Part shown: positions 9,129 through 17,932 of the stretch, piece by piece
Numbering within the stretch: position 1 is the first letter of the stretch
Layout: the number at the start of each line of letters is the position of its first letter
Assembly (NCBI GenBank): GCA_018675825.1
Contig: JABGXK010000130.1
Location: forward strand, 1-26,342
DNA length: 26,342 nt
From: Flavobacteriales bacterium
GTDB lineage: Bacteria > Bacteroidota > Bacteroidia > Flavobacteriales > BACL11
Direction of reading: 5' to 3'
The notes under the pieces: generated by a model
Seen by the model: the letters and a program-made list of their open reading frames with translations, nothing else
The model's database searches: none
Told to the model about the DNA's origin: nothing
Translations under genes and position numbers: made by a program

Positions 9129-10283
9129 ATGCCTAGATATCATAAGTTAGGGAAAATACCTCATAAAAGACATACGGTTTTTCGAAAAAAAGATGGAAGT
9201 ATTCATCATGAAGAATTATTTGGAACTATAGGTTTTGATGGTATGTCTTCCTTATTATATCATTTACATCGTCCAACTCAAGTAAAATCTATTAAACCTG
9301 CTTATTCTGTTGAACCAGAGATTGCTGTTGAGAAAAATTTAAAAGCATATTTAATGAAGGGTTTTGATATACCTAAAGTTTCAGATCATTTAGAGAGTAG
9401 AATATCACTAATGCTTAATAATGATTTAAATATATCCCTCTCTTCACCAACTAACTTAGAAGAAGATTATTTTTATAAAAATACTGATGGTGATGAGGTG
9501 ATTTTTGTGCATAAAGGATCTGGTATTTTAAGAAGCTTTGTAGGGAATCTAAAGTTTTTTCCGGGAGATTATCTAGTGATTCCAAGAGGCATGATCTATT
9601 CATTGAAATTTGAAGAGGGTGATAATAGATTGTTTATTGTAGAATCATATACTCCTGTATATACACCAAAAAGATATAGAAATTATTTTGGTCAAATGCT
9701 TGAAAATTCACCTTACTGTGAAAGAGATATTAGAGTTCCTGAAGAATTAGAAACTCATGATGAGCTTGGTGAATTTGTTATTAAAATTAAGAAAGAGCAT
9801 ATGATTCATGAATATACATACACTTCTCATCCTTTTGATGTAGTTGGTTTTGATGGTTATAATTATCCATATGCTTTTTCTATTCATGATTTTGAGCCAA
9901 TTACTGGGAGGATTCATCAACCCCCTCCAGTTCATCAAACTTTTGAGACATCAAGGTTTGTAATTTGTTCATTTTGTCCAAGGATGTATGATTATCATCC
10001 AGAATCAATTCCAGCTCCTTATAATCATTCTAATATTGATTCAGATGAGGTTTTGTATTATGTAGCTGGAGATTTTATGAGTAGAAATCATGTTGACCAA
10101 GGTTTTATCTCATTACATCCAGCTGGAATTCCACATGGCCCGCACCCTGGAGCAGCAGAAAGAAGTATAGGAAAAAAACAAACTGATGAGTTAGCTGTAG
10201 TGGTTGATACCTTTGCGCCTCTAAAACTTACTAAAGCTGCAATTGAATTGTCAGACGGTAAATATCATAAATCTTGGATATAA
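9129..10283 (+). CDS. hmgA: Homogentisate 1,2-dioxygenase
   Basis: HQPPPVHQTF, PAPYNHSNIDSDEVLYYV and LHPAGIPHGP motifs. Confidence 0.93.
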   Translation: MPRYHKLGKIPHKRHTVFRKKDGSIHHEELFGTIGFDGMSSLLYHLHRPTQVKSIKPAYSVEPEIAVEKNLKAYLMKGFDIPKVSDHLESRISLMLNNDLNISLSSPTNLEEDYFYKNTDGDEVIFVHKGSGILRSFVGNLKFFPGDYLVIPRGMIYSLKFEEGDNRLFIVESYTPVYTPKRYRNYFGQMLENSPYCERDIRVPEELETHDELGEFVIKIKKEHMIHEYTYTSHPFDVVGFDGYNYPYAFSIHDFEPITGRIHQPPPVHQTFETSRFVICSFCPRMYDYHPESIPAPYNHSNIDSDEVLYYVAGDFMSRNHVDQGFISLHPAGIPHGPHPGAAERSIGKKQTDELAVVVDTFAPLKLTKAAIELSDGKYHKSWI

Positions 10284-10287
10284 TAAA

Positions 10288-11445
10288 ATGAGAGAAGATC
10301 TAAATACAATTAATAACATCACTTATAATTTAGAAAAGATATTTCCGGATGCCCAGGATTTTCTTCCATTATTAGGTACAGATTATATTGAGTTCTATGT
10401 TGGGAATGCAAAGCAAGCTGCAATGTATTATAAGACAGCGTTAGGTTTTCAGTCGTTAGCTTATTCGGGATTAGAAACAGGAATTAGAGATAAAACTTCT
10501 TATGTAGTTATTCAAGATAAGATACGTTTAGTTTTCACATCCCCTATGGATAATAATAATACTGAGATTACAGATCATATCATAAAACATGGCGATGGGG
10601 TTAAGGTAATTGCGCTATGGGTTGATGATGCTAAAAGCGCTTGGAAAGAAACAACAAGTAGGGGTGCTGAATCATATTTAGAACCAATTGAAGTTGAAGA
10701 TGAATTTGGTAAAGTTGTAAAATCAGGTATTAAGATATATGGCGACACTGTACATGTTTTTGTGGAGCGAAAAAATTATAATGGAGTTTTCTTACCAGGA
10801 TTTCAAAAATGGAAATCAAAATATAATCCTAAAGATTGTGGTTTAAAATATATAGACCACATGGTTGCTAATGTAGGATGGGGAGAAATGAATAAGTGGG
10901 AAAAATTCTATAATGAAACAATGGGATTTGCTAACCTCATAACATTCGATGATAAAGATATATCTACTCAATATACTGCTCTTATGAGTAAAGTTATGAC
11001 TAATGGAAATGGTAGAGTAAAGTTTCCAATTAATGAGCCGGCCGATGGTCTCAAAAAATCTCAAATTGAAGAATATCTAGATTTTTATAATGGTCCTGGA
11101 TGCCAGCATATTGCAGTAGCTACTAATGATATTGTTAAAACAGTTACTGAGATGAAAGAAAGAGGAGTTGATTTTTTAATTATCCCAAATTCTTATTATG
11201 ACACTGTGGGCGATAGAGTTGGAGAGATTATTGAGGATATGAAAGTTTTAAAAGAGCATGGTATTCTTGTAGATAGAGATGATGAAGGTTATTTACTTCA
11301 AATTTTCACTAAACCTTTCACAGATCGCCCAACATTATTTTTTGAAATAATTCAAAGAAGAGGAGCTCAATCTTTTGGTAAAGGAAATTTCAAAGCTTTA
11401 TTTGAATGTATAGAAGCAGAACAAGCAAGAAGAGGAACGTTATAA
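10288..11445 (+). CDS. hppD: 4-hydroxyphenylpyruvate dioxygenase
   Basis: IDHMV, KFPINEP, GPGCQHIA, LLQIFT and FFEIIQRRG..SFGKGNF motifs. Start set to ATG 10288, just after the hmgA stop. Confidence 0.95.
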   Translation: MREDLNTINNITYNLEKIFPDAQDFLPLLGTDYIEFYVGNAKQAAMYYKTALGFQSLAYSGLETGIRDKTSYVVIQDKIRLVFTSPMDNNNTEITDHIIKHGDGVKVIALWVDDAKSAWKETTSRGAESYLEPIEVEDEFGKVVKSGIKIYGDTVHVFVERKNYNGVFLPGFQKWKSKYNPKDCGLKYIDHMVANVGWGEMNKWEKFYNETMGFANLITFDDKDISTQYTALMSKVMTNGNGRVKFPINEPADGLKKSQIEEYLDFYNGPGCQHIAVATNDIVKTVTEMKERGVDFLIIPNSYYDTVGDRVGEIIEDMKVLKEHGILVDRDDEGYLLQIFTKPFTDRPTLFFEIIQRRGAQSFGKGNFKALFECIEAEQARRGTL

Positions 11446-11458
11446 AAACAATAAAAAA

Positions 11459-11917
11459 ATGACACATTTAAAAAAAGGAGATACCGCACCAGTGATTGTT
11501 TCTGTTAATCAAAATGGAGAAGCTGTTAGTTTAGCTAACTTCAAAGGCAAGAAAATTATACTTTATTTTTATCCTAAAGATATGACGCCAGGGTGTACCA
11601 TGCAATCATGTAACTTAAGAGATAATTATGATAAATTAATTGAATCTGGTTATGTTGTTTTAGGCTGTTCAGCTGATAGTCCTGCAAGACATTTGAAATT
11701 TATAGAAAAGCATAATCTTCCTTTTGATTTAATATCTGATGAGAAAAAAGAAGTTTTAAATAACTATGGTGTTTGGGGGTTAAAGAAATTTATGGGAAAA
11801 GAATATCATGGTATTAACAGAACTACTTTTATTATTGATGAAGATGGTATAATTGAAGAGGTTATTACAAAGGTTAAGACAAAAGAACATACAATGCAAA
11901 TCTTGGAAAAAAATTAA
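11459..11917 (+). CDS. bcp: Thioredoxin-dependent thiol peroxidase Bcp/PrxQ
   Basis: YFYPKDMTPGCTMQSC active site; RTTFIID. Confidence 0.93.
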   Translation: MTHLKKGDTAPVIVSVNQNGEAVSLANFKGKKIILYFYPKDMTPGCTMQSCNLRDNYDKLIESGYVVLGCSADSPARHLKFIEKHNLPFDLISDEKKEVLNNYGVWGLKKFMGKEYHGINRTTFIIDEDGIIEEVITKVKTKEHTMQILEKN

Positions 11918-13269
11918 AAAAGAATCCTAAAAACCTCTTCTATTTTTCCAAATTTCTGTATTTCTATATTAAATTTAGCTCCGCTTAATTTATTATATTT
12001 TGAAATAATAATTTTTTTGTAACCTAATTTTTCAGCTTCCTTGATTCTGTTTTCTATTCTATTAACTGCTCTAATTTCACCTGAAAGCCCAATTTCACCA
12101 GCAAAGCATACAAGCGTGTCTAATGAGATGTCTTGATCTGAAGAAAGTATAGAGCAAACTACAGCTAAATCAATCGCAGTATCATTAATTTTTATTCCAC
12201 CAGTGATATTTAGAAAGACATCTTTAGCTCCAAGTTTAAAACCACATCTTTTTTCTAATACTGCAAGTAGCATATTCATTCTTTTGGTATCAAAACCTGT
12301 AGCTGAACGTTGAGGGTTTCCATAAACAGCAGTACTAACCAGAGATTGAATTTCTACTAATAATGGTCTAGCTCCCTCTATAGTTGCAGCGATTCCAACA
12401 CCGCTAGTTGGAGTGTCTCTTTCGGATATTAATATTTCTGAAGGGTTGCTTACTTCTCTTAATCCATCCTGACTCATTTCATAGACTCCTAATTCTGATG
12501 CAGAGCCAAATCTATTTTTGACTGTTCTTAATATTCTGTATATGTAATTTCGATCACCTTCAAATTGTAAGACAGTATCAACCATATGTTCTAATACTTT
12601 TGGACCTGCAATAGCACCATCCTTGTTAATATGTCCAATTAGAAATACTGCAGTTCCTGTTTCTTTGGCATACCTTATTAATTCAGAGGTACATTCTCTA
12701 ATTTGGGAAACACTTCCTGGAGTAGATTCTAAACTTGCAGTGTGTATTGTTTGAATAGAATCTATCACTAAAATATCTGGCTGGAGTTTTTTTATTTCTT
12801 TAAAAATATTGTTAGTTGAGGTTTCAGTTAAAATGAAGCAATGATTAGAATCCTTATTAATTCTCTCTGCTCTCATCTTGATTTGTTTCTCACTTTCTTC
12901 ACCAGAAACATAAAGTATTTTTTTAGATTTAGAGCTTAAGGAAAATTGTAGTAAAAGTGTAGATTTTCCTATACCAGGATCGCCTCCAAGTAGTATTAAG
13001 GAACCAGGTACTATTCCTCCACCAAGAACCCTATTTAGTTCTTTATCATTTGTAATAATTCTTTTTTCATTACTATAGTCAATTTCACTAATTAATTTTG
13101 GGTGGTTAACTGTAGAGCTTATATACCCATCTTTTCCGGTTTCTTTTTTGGCAGTATGTTCTTCTACAAAGGTATTCCATTCGCTACATGAAGGGCATTT
13201 ACCAAGCCATTTAGGTGATTGAATACCGCATTTTTGACAGAAAAAAGCAGTCTTAATTTTTTTAGCCAT
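11914..13269 (-). CDS. radA: DNA repair protein RadA/Sms
   Basis: N-terminal CxxC...CxxC, Walker A GDPGIGKST, KNRFG motif, Lon-like C-terminus. Confidence 0.96.
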   Translation of the reverse strand: MAKKIKTAFFCQKCGIQSPKWLGKCPSCSEWNTFVEEHTAKKETGKDGYISSTVNHPKLISEIDYSNEKRIITNDKELNRVLGGGIVPGSLILLGGDPGIGKSTLLLQFSLSSKSKKILYVSGEESEKQIKMRAERINKDSNHCFILTETSTNNIFKEIKKLQPDILVIDSIQTIHTASLESTPGSVSQIRECTSELIRYAKETGTAVFLIGHINKDGAIAGPKVLEHMVDTVLQFEGDRNYIYRILRTVKNRFGSASELGVYEMSQDGLREVSNPSEILISERDTPTSGVGIAATIEGARPLLVEIQSLVSTAVYGNPQRSATGFDTKRMNMLLAVLEKRCGFKLGAKDVFLNITGGIKINDTAIDLAVVCSILSSDQDISLDTLVCFAGEIGLSGEIRAVNRIENRIKEAEKLGYKKIIISKYNKLSGAKFNIEIQKFGKIEEVFRILF

Positions 13270-13753
13270 TATTGATTGTATCTAAAATATTTGTTGTAGA
13301 AAATCCTTTTGAGAGTGGTAATATGACTACTTTTCCTCCATATTTAGAAATAAAATCCTTTCCTATTACATCTTCTTTATTATAATCACCACCCTTTGTT
13401 ATAATATTTGGTTTACTTATTTCTATAATTTTTTGTGGTGTTAGTTCTTCAAAAACAACAACTGCATCAACAAAAAACAATGATGCAATGGTTGCTAACC
13501 TGGCTTGTTGTTTTAAAATAGGTCTTGAATTTCCTTTTAATTCTTTAATTGATTTATCAGAATTAACCCCAATGATTAATTTACCACCTAAATCAGCAGA
13601 TTTAGCTAGAATTTCAATATGCCCTAAATGAATTATATCAAAACAGCCGTTACTAAAAATGATTTTCTCACCATTTTTTTTCCATTTTTCTACTATTTTT
13701 TTAATTTCTGAAATAGAATAAATTTTAGACTTTATCTTTTTTAAGTTAGTCAT
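13262..13753 (-). CDS. rfaE2: D-glycero-beta-D-manno-heptose 1-phosphate adenylyltransferase (RfaE domain II) or related cytidylyltransferase
   Basis: FSNGCFDIIHLGH, GVNSDKS..LKG..RP, KGGDY and STTNI motifs. Confidence 0.85.
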   Translation of the reverse strand: MTNLKKIKSKIYSISEIKKIVEKWKKNGEKIIFSNGCFDIIHLGHIEILAKSADLGGKLIIGVNSDKSIKELKGNSRPILKQQARLATIASLFFVDAVVVFEELTPQKIIEISKPNIITKGGDYNKEDVIGKDFISKYGGKVVILPLSKGFSTTNILDTINNG

Positions 13754-14816
13754 TAATAATTTTTTTGTTAATAAACAACATAAATAGGCCTATAGATCCC
13801 ATAATTATTGCAACAAAAGTTTGTCCAGTATGTACAATAATTGGATTTAAAATTGCCGGGTTATATTCATCGTATGTCAGAACACTTATAAACCCTTTAT
13901 CAATATTAAGAGCTACTAATCCAACCATGACAATTACATGATATGAGCCGAAGCCTCCAGGAGTTGGTATCACCATTCCTATGCCACCTATAACAAGTAG
14001 AAATAGCGCATCAGAAATACCTAAATGAGATGTTTCAGGTATTGCATATAAACAGATATATGTCATAAGAAAATACATAATCCAAATACTTAAAGTATGA
14101 AACCAAAAAGACGCTTTATTTTTTATTTTTTTAATGCTTTTAAATCCTAATTTTAAGCCATCAATAAAATCTAGAAATTTTCTTTTATAAAGAGGTATTT
14201 TTTTTCTATTTTTTTTAAAGAAGTATATAAGTAATGATAGGATTACAATAAACCCTAACTTAATTAGATAATGACCATAAACAGGTTCGTCAAATACTGT
14301 TATAATAATACTATTACTCCACGAAGCTGATTCTTCTTTAGGAGGTAGATTTTGATATTCACTTATGGAATCTGTAATTTCTCTTGACTTTAGAACGATA
14401 GCTAATATAACGCCTACTAAAAGAAAAAAAAGATCAATAACCCTCTCAATAAGTATGGTGCCAAAAAGTTTGTCGACAGGAATATTGTCAGAATTTTTTA
14501 ACGAGGTACATCTTGATATTTCTCCAGCTCTTGGTATGAATAAGTTTGTAAAATATCCAACAGAAACTGCAGAGATTGCGTTGATTCTACTTGTAGTATG
14601 ACCTAAAGCATCAATTAGAATAATCCACCTCAAACCCCTGTTTATATAAGCTAAAGCCCCAAAAACCATGGATAATAAAACATAGAAATAATCAACTTTT
14701 AGTAAATCTCGTTTTAAACTATCAGGGTTTTTCCCAAAGAAGTAATAAAGGATACAGATCATAAATACAAATGAAAAAATTATTTTTAAAAATCTGAGGA
14801 CCCTTTCTTTATTCAT
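13746..14816 (-). CDS. Lysylphosphatidylglycerol-synthase-like TM protein (YbhN/flippase-like)
   Basis: RGLRW, GYFTNLFIPRAGEISR, GTILIERVID and PTPGGFGSYH motifs. Confidence 0.85.
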   Translation of the reverse strand: MNKERVLRFLKIIFSFVFMICILYYFFGKNPDSLKRDLLKVDYFYVLLSMVFGALAYINRGLRWIILIDALGHTTSRINAISAVSVGYFTNLFIPRAGEISRCTSLKNSDNIPVDKLFGTILIERVIDLFFLLVGVILAIVLKSREITDSISEYQNLPPKEESASWSNSIIITVFDEPVYGHYLIKLGFIVILSLLIYFFKKNRKKIPLYKRKFLDFIDGLKLGFKSIKKIKNKASFWFHTLSIWIMYFLMTYICLYAIPETSHLGISDALFLLVIGGIGMVIPTPGGFGSYHVIVMVGLVALNIDKGFISVLTYDEYNPAILNPIIVHTGQTFVAIIMGSIGLFMLFINKKIIND

Positions 14817-14825
14817 ATTGTAAAA

Positions 14826-15665
14826 CTATAAAATAATGTTATCTATTAGCCTAACTCCTGAAATATTAACAGCAATACATACCGCATATTTTGTGTTTTT
14901 TTCAAAAATTATTTTTGGTTTAAGAGTTGTAATATCTACAAAATCAAGGTACTCTACTTCAATCTTTTTAGATTTACTTAAGTTGTTTATTGCATTTTTT
15001 TTTAAATCTCGTAATGAAGTTTTTGTATAGTTCTTTTTACATTTTAATAATTGTTGGTATATTTTTGCACTATAAGTTTGATCATTTCTTGAGAGTAGTT
15101 TGTTTCTGGAGCTCATAGCCAACCCTTTTTTATCTCTTATAGTTGGACATCCAACAATCCTAATATCTATTCCATTTTTTTTCACAAGCTGCTTAATTAT
15201 TAAAAGTTGCTGTAAATCTTTTTCTCCAAAAAAAGCATGAGTTGGTCTTATGAGTTTAAATAATTTCTCTATAATCATAGCTACTCCATTAAAATGATTA
15301 GGTCTATACTTACCCTCTAGATATTTTTCAAGATTATTAAATTCATACTTTATTGTCTTTTCATTTTTTTCATATAAATCTTCAGATTTTGGCATGTACA
15401 CAATATCGCATTTTGATTCTTCAAGTAATTTTAAGTCACTTTCAGTAGTTTTTGGGTATTTTATAAAATCATTTAGATTATTAAATTGTTTTGGATTAAT
15501 AAAAATACTACATATTGATATGTCGCATTTTTTTTTACTTTCTTTAATTAGTGATATATGCCCTTCATGTAAGGCTCCCATGGTAGCAGTTAAACCAATT
15601 GTATGGCTATTAATTTTTGAAGCAATATAATCTGCTAATTTTTTTTTTTCTTTAAAGATAATCAT
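14826..15665 (-). CDS. panC: Pantoate--beta-alanine ligase
   Basis: TMGALHEGH, SIFINPKQF, FGEKD, GLAMSSRN and RLIDN motifs. Confidence 0.95.
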   Translation of the reverse strand: MIIFKEKKKLADYIASKINSHTIGLTATMGALHEGHISLIKESKKKCDISICSIFINPKQFNNLNDFIKYPKTTESDLKLLEESKCDIVYMPKSEDLYEKNEKTIKYEFNNLEKYLEGKYRPNHFNGVAMIIEKLFKLIRPTHAFFGEKDLQQLLIIKQLVKKNGIDIRIVGCPTIRDKKGLAMSSRNKLLSRNDQTYSAKIYQQLLKCKKNYTKTSLRDLKKNAINNLSKSKKIEVEYLDFVDITTLKPKIIFEKNTKYAVCIAVNISGVRLIDNIIL

Positions 15666-15703
15666 ACTAATTGCATACTATATATTAGATGTTATATTAC
15701 TAA

Positions 15704-15711
15704 CAAATCTA
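15704..15711 (-). promoter_or_regulatory. -7 box (TAGATTTG) for the panC operon
   Basis: Exact match in the divergent intergenic region. Confidence 0.5.
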
Positions 15712-15745
15712 ATTCAAAATGCCTTATTTACCATATTTTTTTTTA

Positions 15746-15753
15746 TATTTTTG
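15746..15753 (+). promoter_or_regulatory. -7 box (TATTTTTG) for the glycogen-synthase-like / DUF4270 unit
   Basis: Exact match 18 nt before ATG 15772. Confidence 0.5.
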
Positions 15754-15771
15754 TAAACTAATTATTTGCAC

Positions 15772-16593
15772 ATGGAAAAGAAAAAGATATTATATATTTC
15801 CCAGGAAATATTTCCTTATATGAATCAATCAAGTATGGGAGATTTAAGTGGTGTATTGCCTCAATTAATGCAGGAAGAAGGTAAAGAAATAAGAATCTTT
15901 TTGCCAAGATTTGGAACAGTAAATGAGAGAAGACATCAGCTACACGAGGTTATAAGGCTTTCAGGTATGAACCTTATAATAGATGATTTTGATCATCAAC
16001 TAATAATAAAGGTAGCTTCAATTCAACAACAGCGAATGCAGGTTTATTTTATTGATAATGAGGAGTTTTTTCCAAGACGGCAAATGTTTCATGATTTTGA
16101 TGGCAAGTTTCTTGAAAATAACGATGAAAGAATGATATTTTACTGTAAAGGAGTAATAGAGACTGTAAGAAAACTAGGATGGTCTCCAGATATAATTCAT
16201 TGTCAAGGATGGTTTACAGCATTGGTTCCCATGTATATCAAGAAGCTATATTCAGAGGATCCTTTATTTGAAAATACTAAAGTTATTTATTCTGTTTTTG
16301 ATAATGGTTATAAAGGTAAATTAAGAGATACTATTATTGATAAATTACTCTTTGAGAATTTAGAAAAGAGTGATCTTTCTGGTTTAAAAGATTTAAGTGT
16401 AAACAACTTAAATAAATTTGCTATTTCTTATTCAGATGCTATTATTCAAGCCAGCAAAGATCTTAATAAGACCGTTATTTCTAATATTGTAAGTTCTGGG
16501 AAACCATTTTTAGAATTCCCAGGTCATGAGGATTATAAAAAAGCATATATTGATTTTTATAATAATTTTATAGAAGAAGAAGTCAAGGCTTAA
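15772..16593 (+). CDS. Glycogen/starch synthase-like protein (N-terminal Glyco_transf_5 domain only)
   Basis: IRIFLPRFGTVNERRHQLHEVIRLSGMN and WSPDIIHCQGW motifs of the short Bacteroidota family; ATG at 15772. Confidence 0.85.
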   Translation: MEKKKILYISQEIFPYMNQSSMGDLSGVLPQLMQEEGKEIRIFLPRFGTVNERRHQLHEVIRLSGMNLIIDDFDHQLIIKVASIQQQRMQVYFIDNEEFFPRRQMFHDFDGKFLENNDERMIFYCKGVIETVRKLGWSPDIIHCQGWFTALVPMYIKKLYSEDPLFENTKVIYSVFDNGYKGKLRDTIIDKLLFENLEKSDLSGLKDLSVNNLNKFAISYSDAIIQASKDLNKTVISNIVSSGKPFLEFPGHEDYKKAYIDFYNNFIEEEVKA

Positions 16594-16596
16594 TTT

Positions 16597-17862
16597 ATGA
16601 AAAATAGATATTTATATAAATTCTACTATTACATTTTTTTATTTTCTATTTTATTTATTTTTTCTTGCAAAGACACTGATGTTGTTGGTCTTGAGGTTCA
16701 GCCTTCTTCTGATAGAATTGAAATCTCTAGTAGCAACTTTGGTCAAAATGATTCATTATTTAGTATTACAATTTCTACCGAATCTGTAGACTCTTTAAGG
16801 TCAGATGAAACTTCTTCTTTACTTTTAGGAAGTATGTTTGATCCAATTTTCGGGTTTATTCACAGTTCTTTTTTTACACAGATTTCTCTTTCTGAGAGTA
16901 ATATTGATTTAGGTGATAATCCAATAGCAGATTCTGTAGTTTTTTCTTATTCCTATTCTGGATATTATGGTGATCTAACTTCCTTTAATGAACTTGAGGT
17001 TTATTATTGTACAGATAATATATATAAAGATTCAATTTACTATTCAAACTATGCTCAATCTGATTGTGACAATTCCTTAAATGGTTTACTTGCTTCATTT
17101 GAAATAAATAGTGACACATCTATTTCACCAACTCTAAAAATGAATTTAGGTGGTGGTATTGGCCAACAAATTTTAGATATGGGTACTGATGATTTATTAA
17201 TAGACAATGAAACCTTTAAAGATAATTTTGGTTATTTTAAGATAATCCCTAACACTCCTTTTAGCCATAGTATGGCTTTAAACACAATCCTATATCTTAA
17301 TCCATCAGGATCAAATACAGTTTTTACAGTTTATTATCATAATAATTCTAGCGATTCTCTTAGATTAGATTTTGTGTTAGATGGAGAATCGGCAAGAATT
17401 AATATATTTAATGAAAAACCACTTTCTGTTTTGAATTTAGGTGCAGATTTCGCTTATGTTCAATCTATGGCTGGATTTAAAAGTAAGCTTGTTCTTCAAA
17501 ACACTAATCTTTTAGCAGGAGCATTAGAAGGTAAGGCAATTAATAAGGTTACATTATCTTTTGATATTGAAAATGATGAAAACTATCCTGCACATGAAAA
17601 TCTTTCATTGGTAAGAGTTGATAGTTCAGGTAATAATATTTTCCTTTCTGATTATATAACTGAGGGAGTGACTCATTTTGGTGGATCTTTAAATAATGAT
17701 CAATACACTTTTAATATTACAAGATATTTTTATAATTTATTATATGATTCTTCTTTTACATCAGATCTATACTTATTATCTTCTGGGGGATCAATAAATG
17801 CTAATAGAACAGTAATAAACAATAGTTCTCTAAAGATTACTGTTTTGTATTCTGATCTTTAA
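16597..17862 (+). CDS. DUF4270-family lipoprotein
   Basis: Lipobox IFSC; LLGSMFDPIFG, YSGYYGD and YTFNITRY; sits in the conserved position between the glycogen-synthase-like gene and glmS. Confidence 0.8.
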   Translation: MKNRYLYKFYYYIFLFSILFIFSCKDTDVVGLEVQPSSDRIEISSSNFGQNDSLFSITISTESVDSLRSDETSSLLLGSMFDPIFGFIHSSFFTQISLSESNIDLGDNPIADSVVFSYSYSGYYGDLTSFNELEVYYCTDNIYKDSIYYSNYAQSDCDNSLNGLLASFEINSDTSISPTLKMNLGGGIGQQILDMGTDDLLIDNETFKDNFGYFKIIPNTPFSHSMALNTILYLNPSGSNTVFTVYYHNNSSDSLRLDFVLDGESARINIFNEKPLSVLNLGADFAYVQSMAGFKSKLVLQNTNLLAGALEGKAINKVTLSFDIENDENYPAHENLSLVRVDSSGNNIFLSDYITEGVTHFGGSLNNDQYTFNITRYFYNLLYDSSFTSDLYLLSSGGSINANRTVINNSSLKITVLYSDL

Positions 17863-17884
17863 TGGTTTTAGTATTAATTAGTGG

Positions 17885-17892
17885 TAAATTTG
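17885..17892 (+). promoter_or_regulatory. -7 box (TAAATTTG) for glmS
   Basis: Exact match in the 70-bp gap before glmS. Confidence 0.5.
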
Positions 17893-17932
17893 AAAATTAA
17901 AATTATGTTTCTTTAATTAATATTACAATTAA

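Noticed and set aside
10243-10287. Upstream extension of hppD (MNCQTV...)
   Set aside because: Overlaps the hmgA 3' end; ATG 10288 matches the family N-terminus.
17863-17932. glmS ribozyme
   Set aside because: The gap is only 70 nt, nearly all A/T, with no pairing potential for the ribozyme core.
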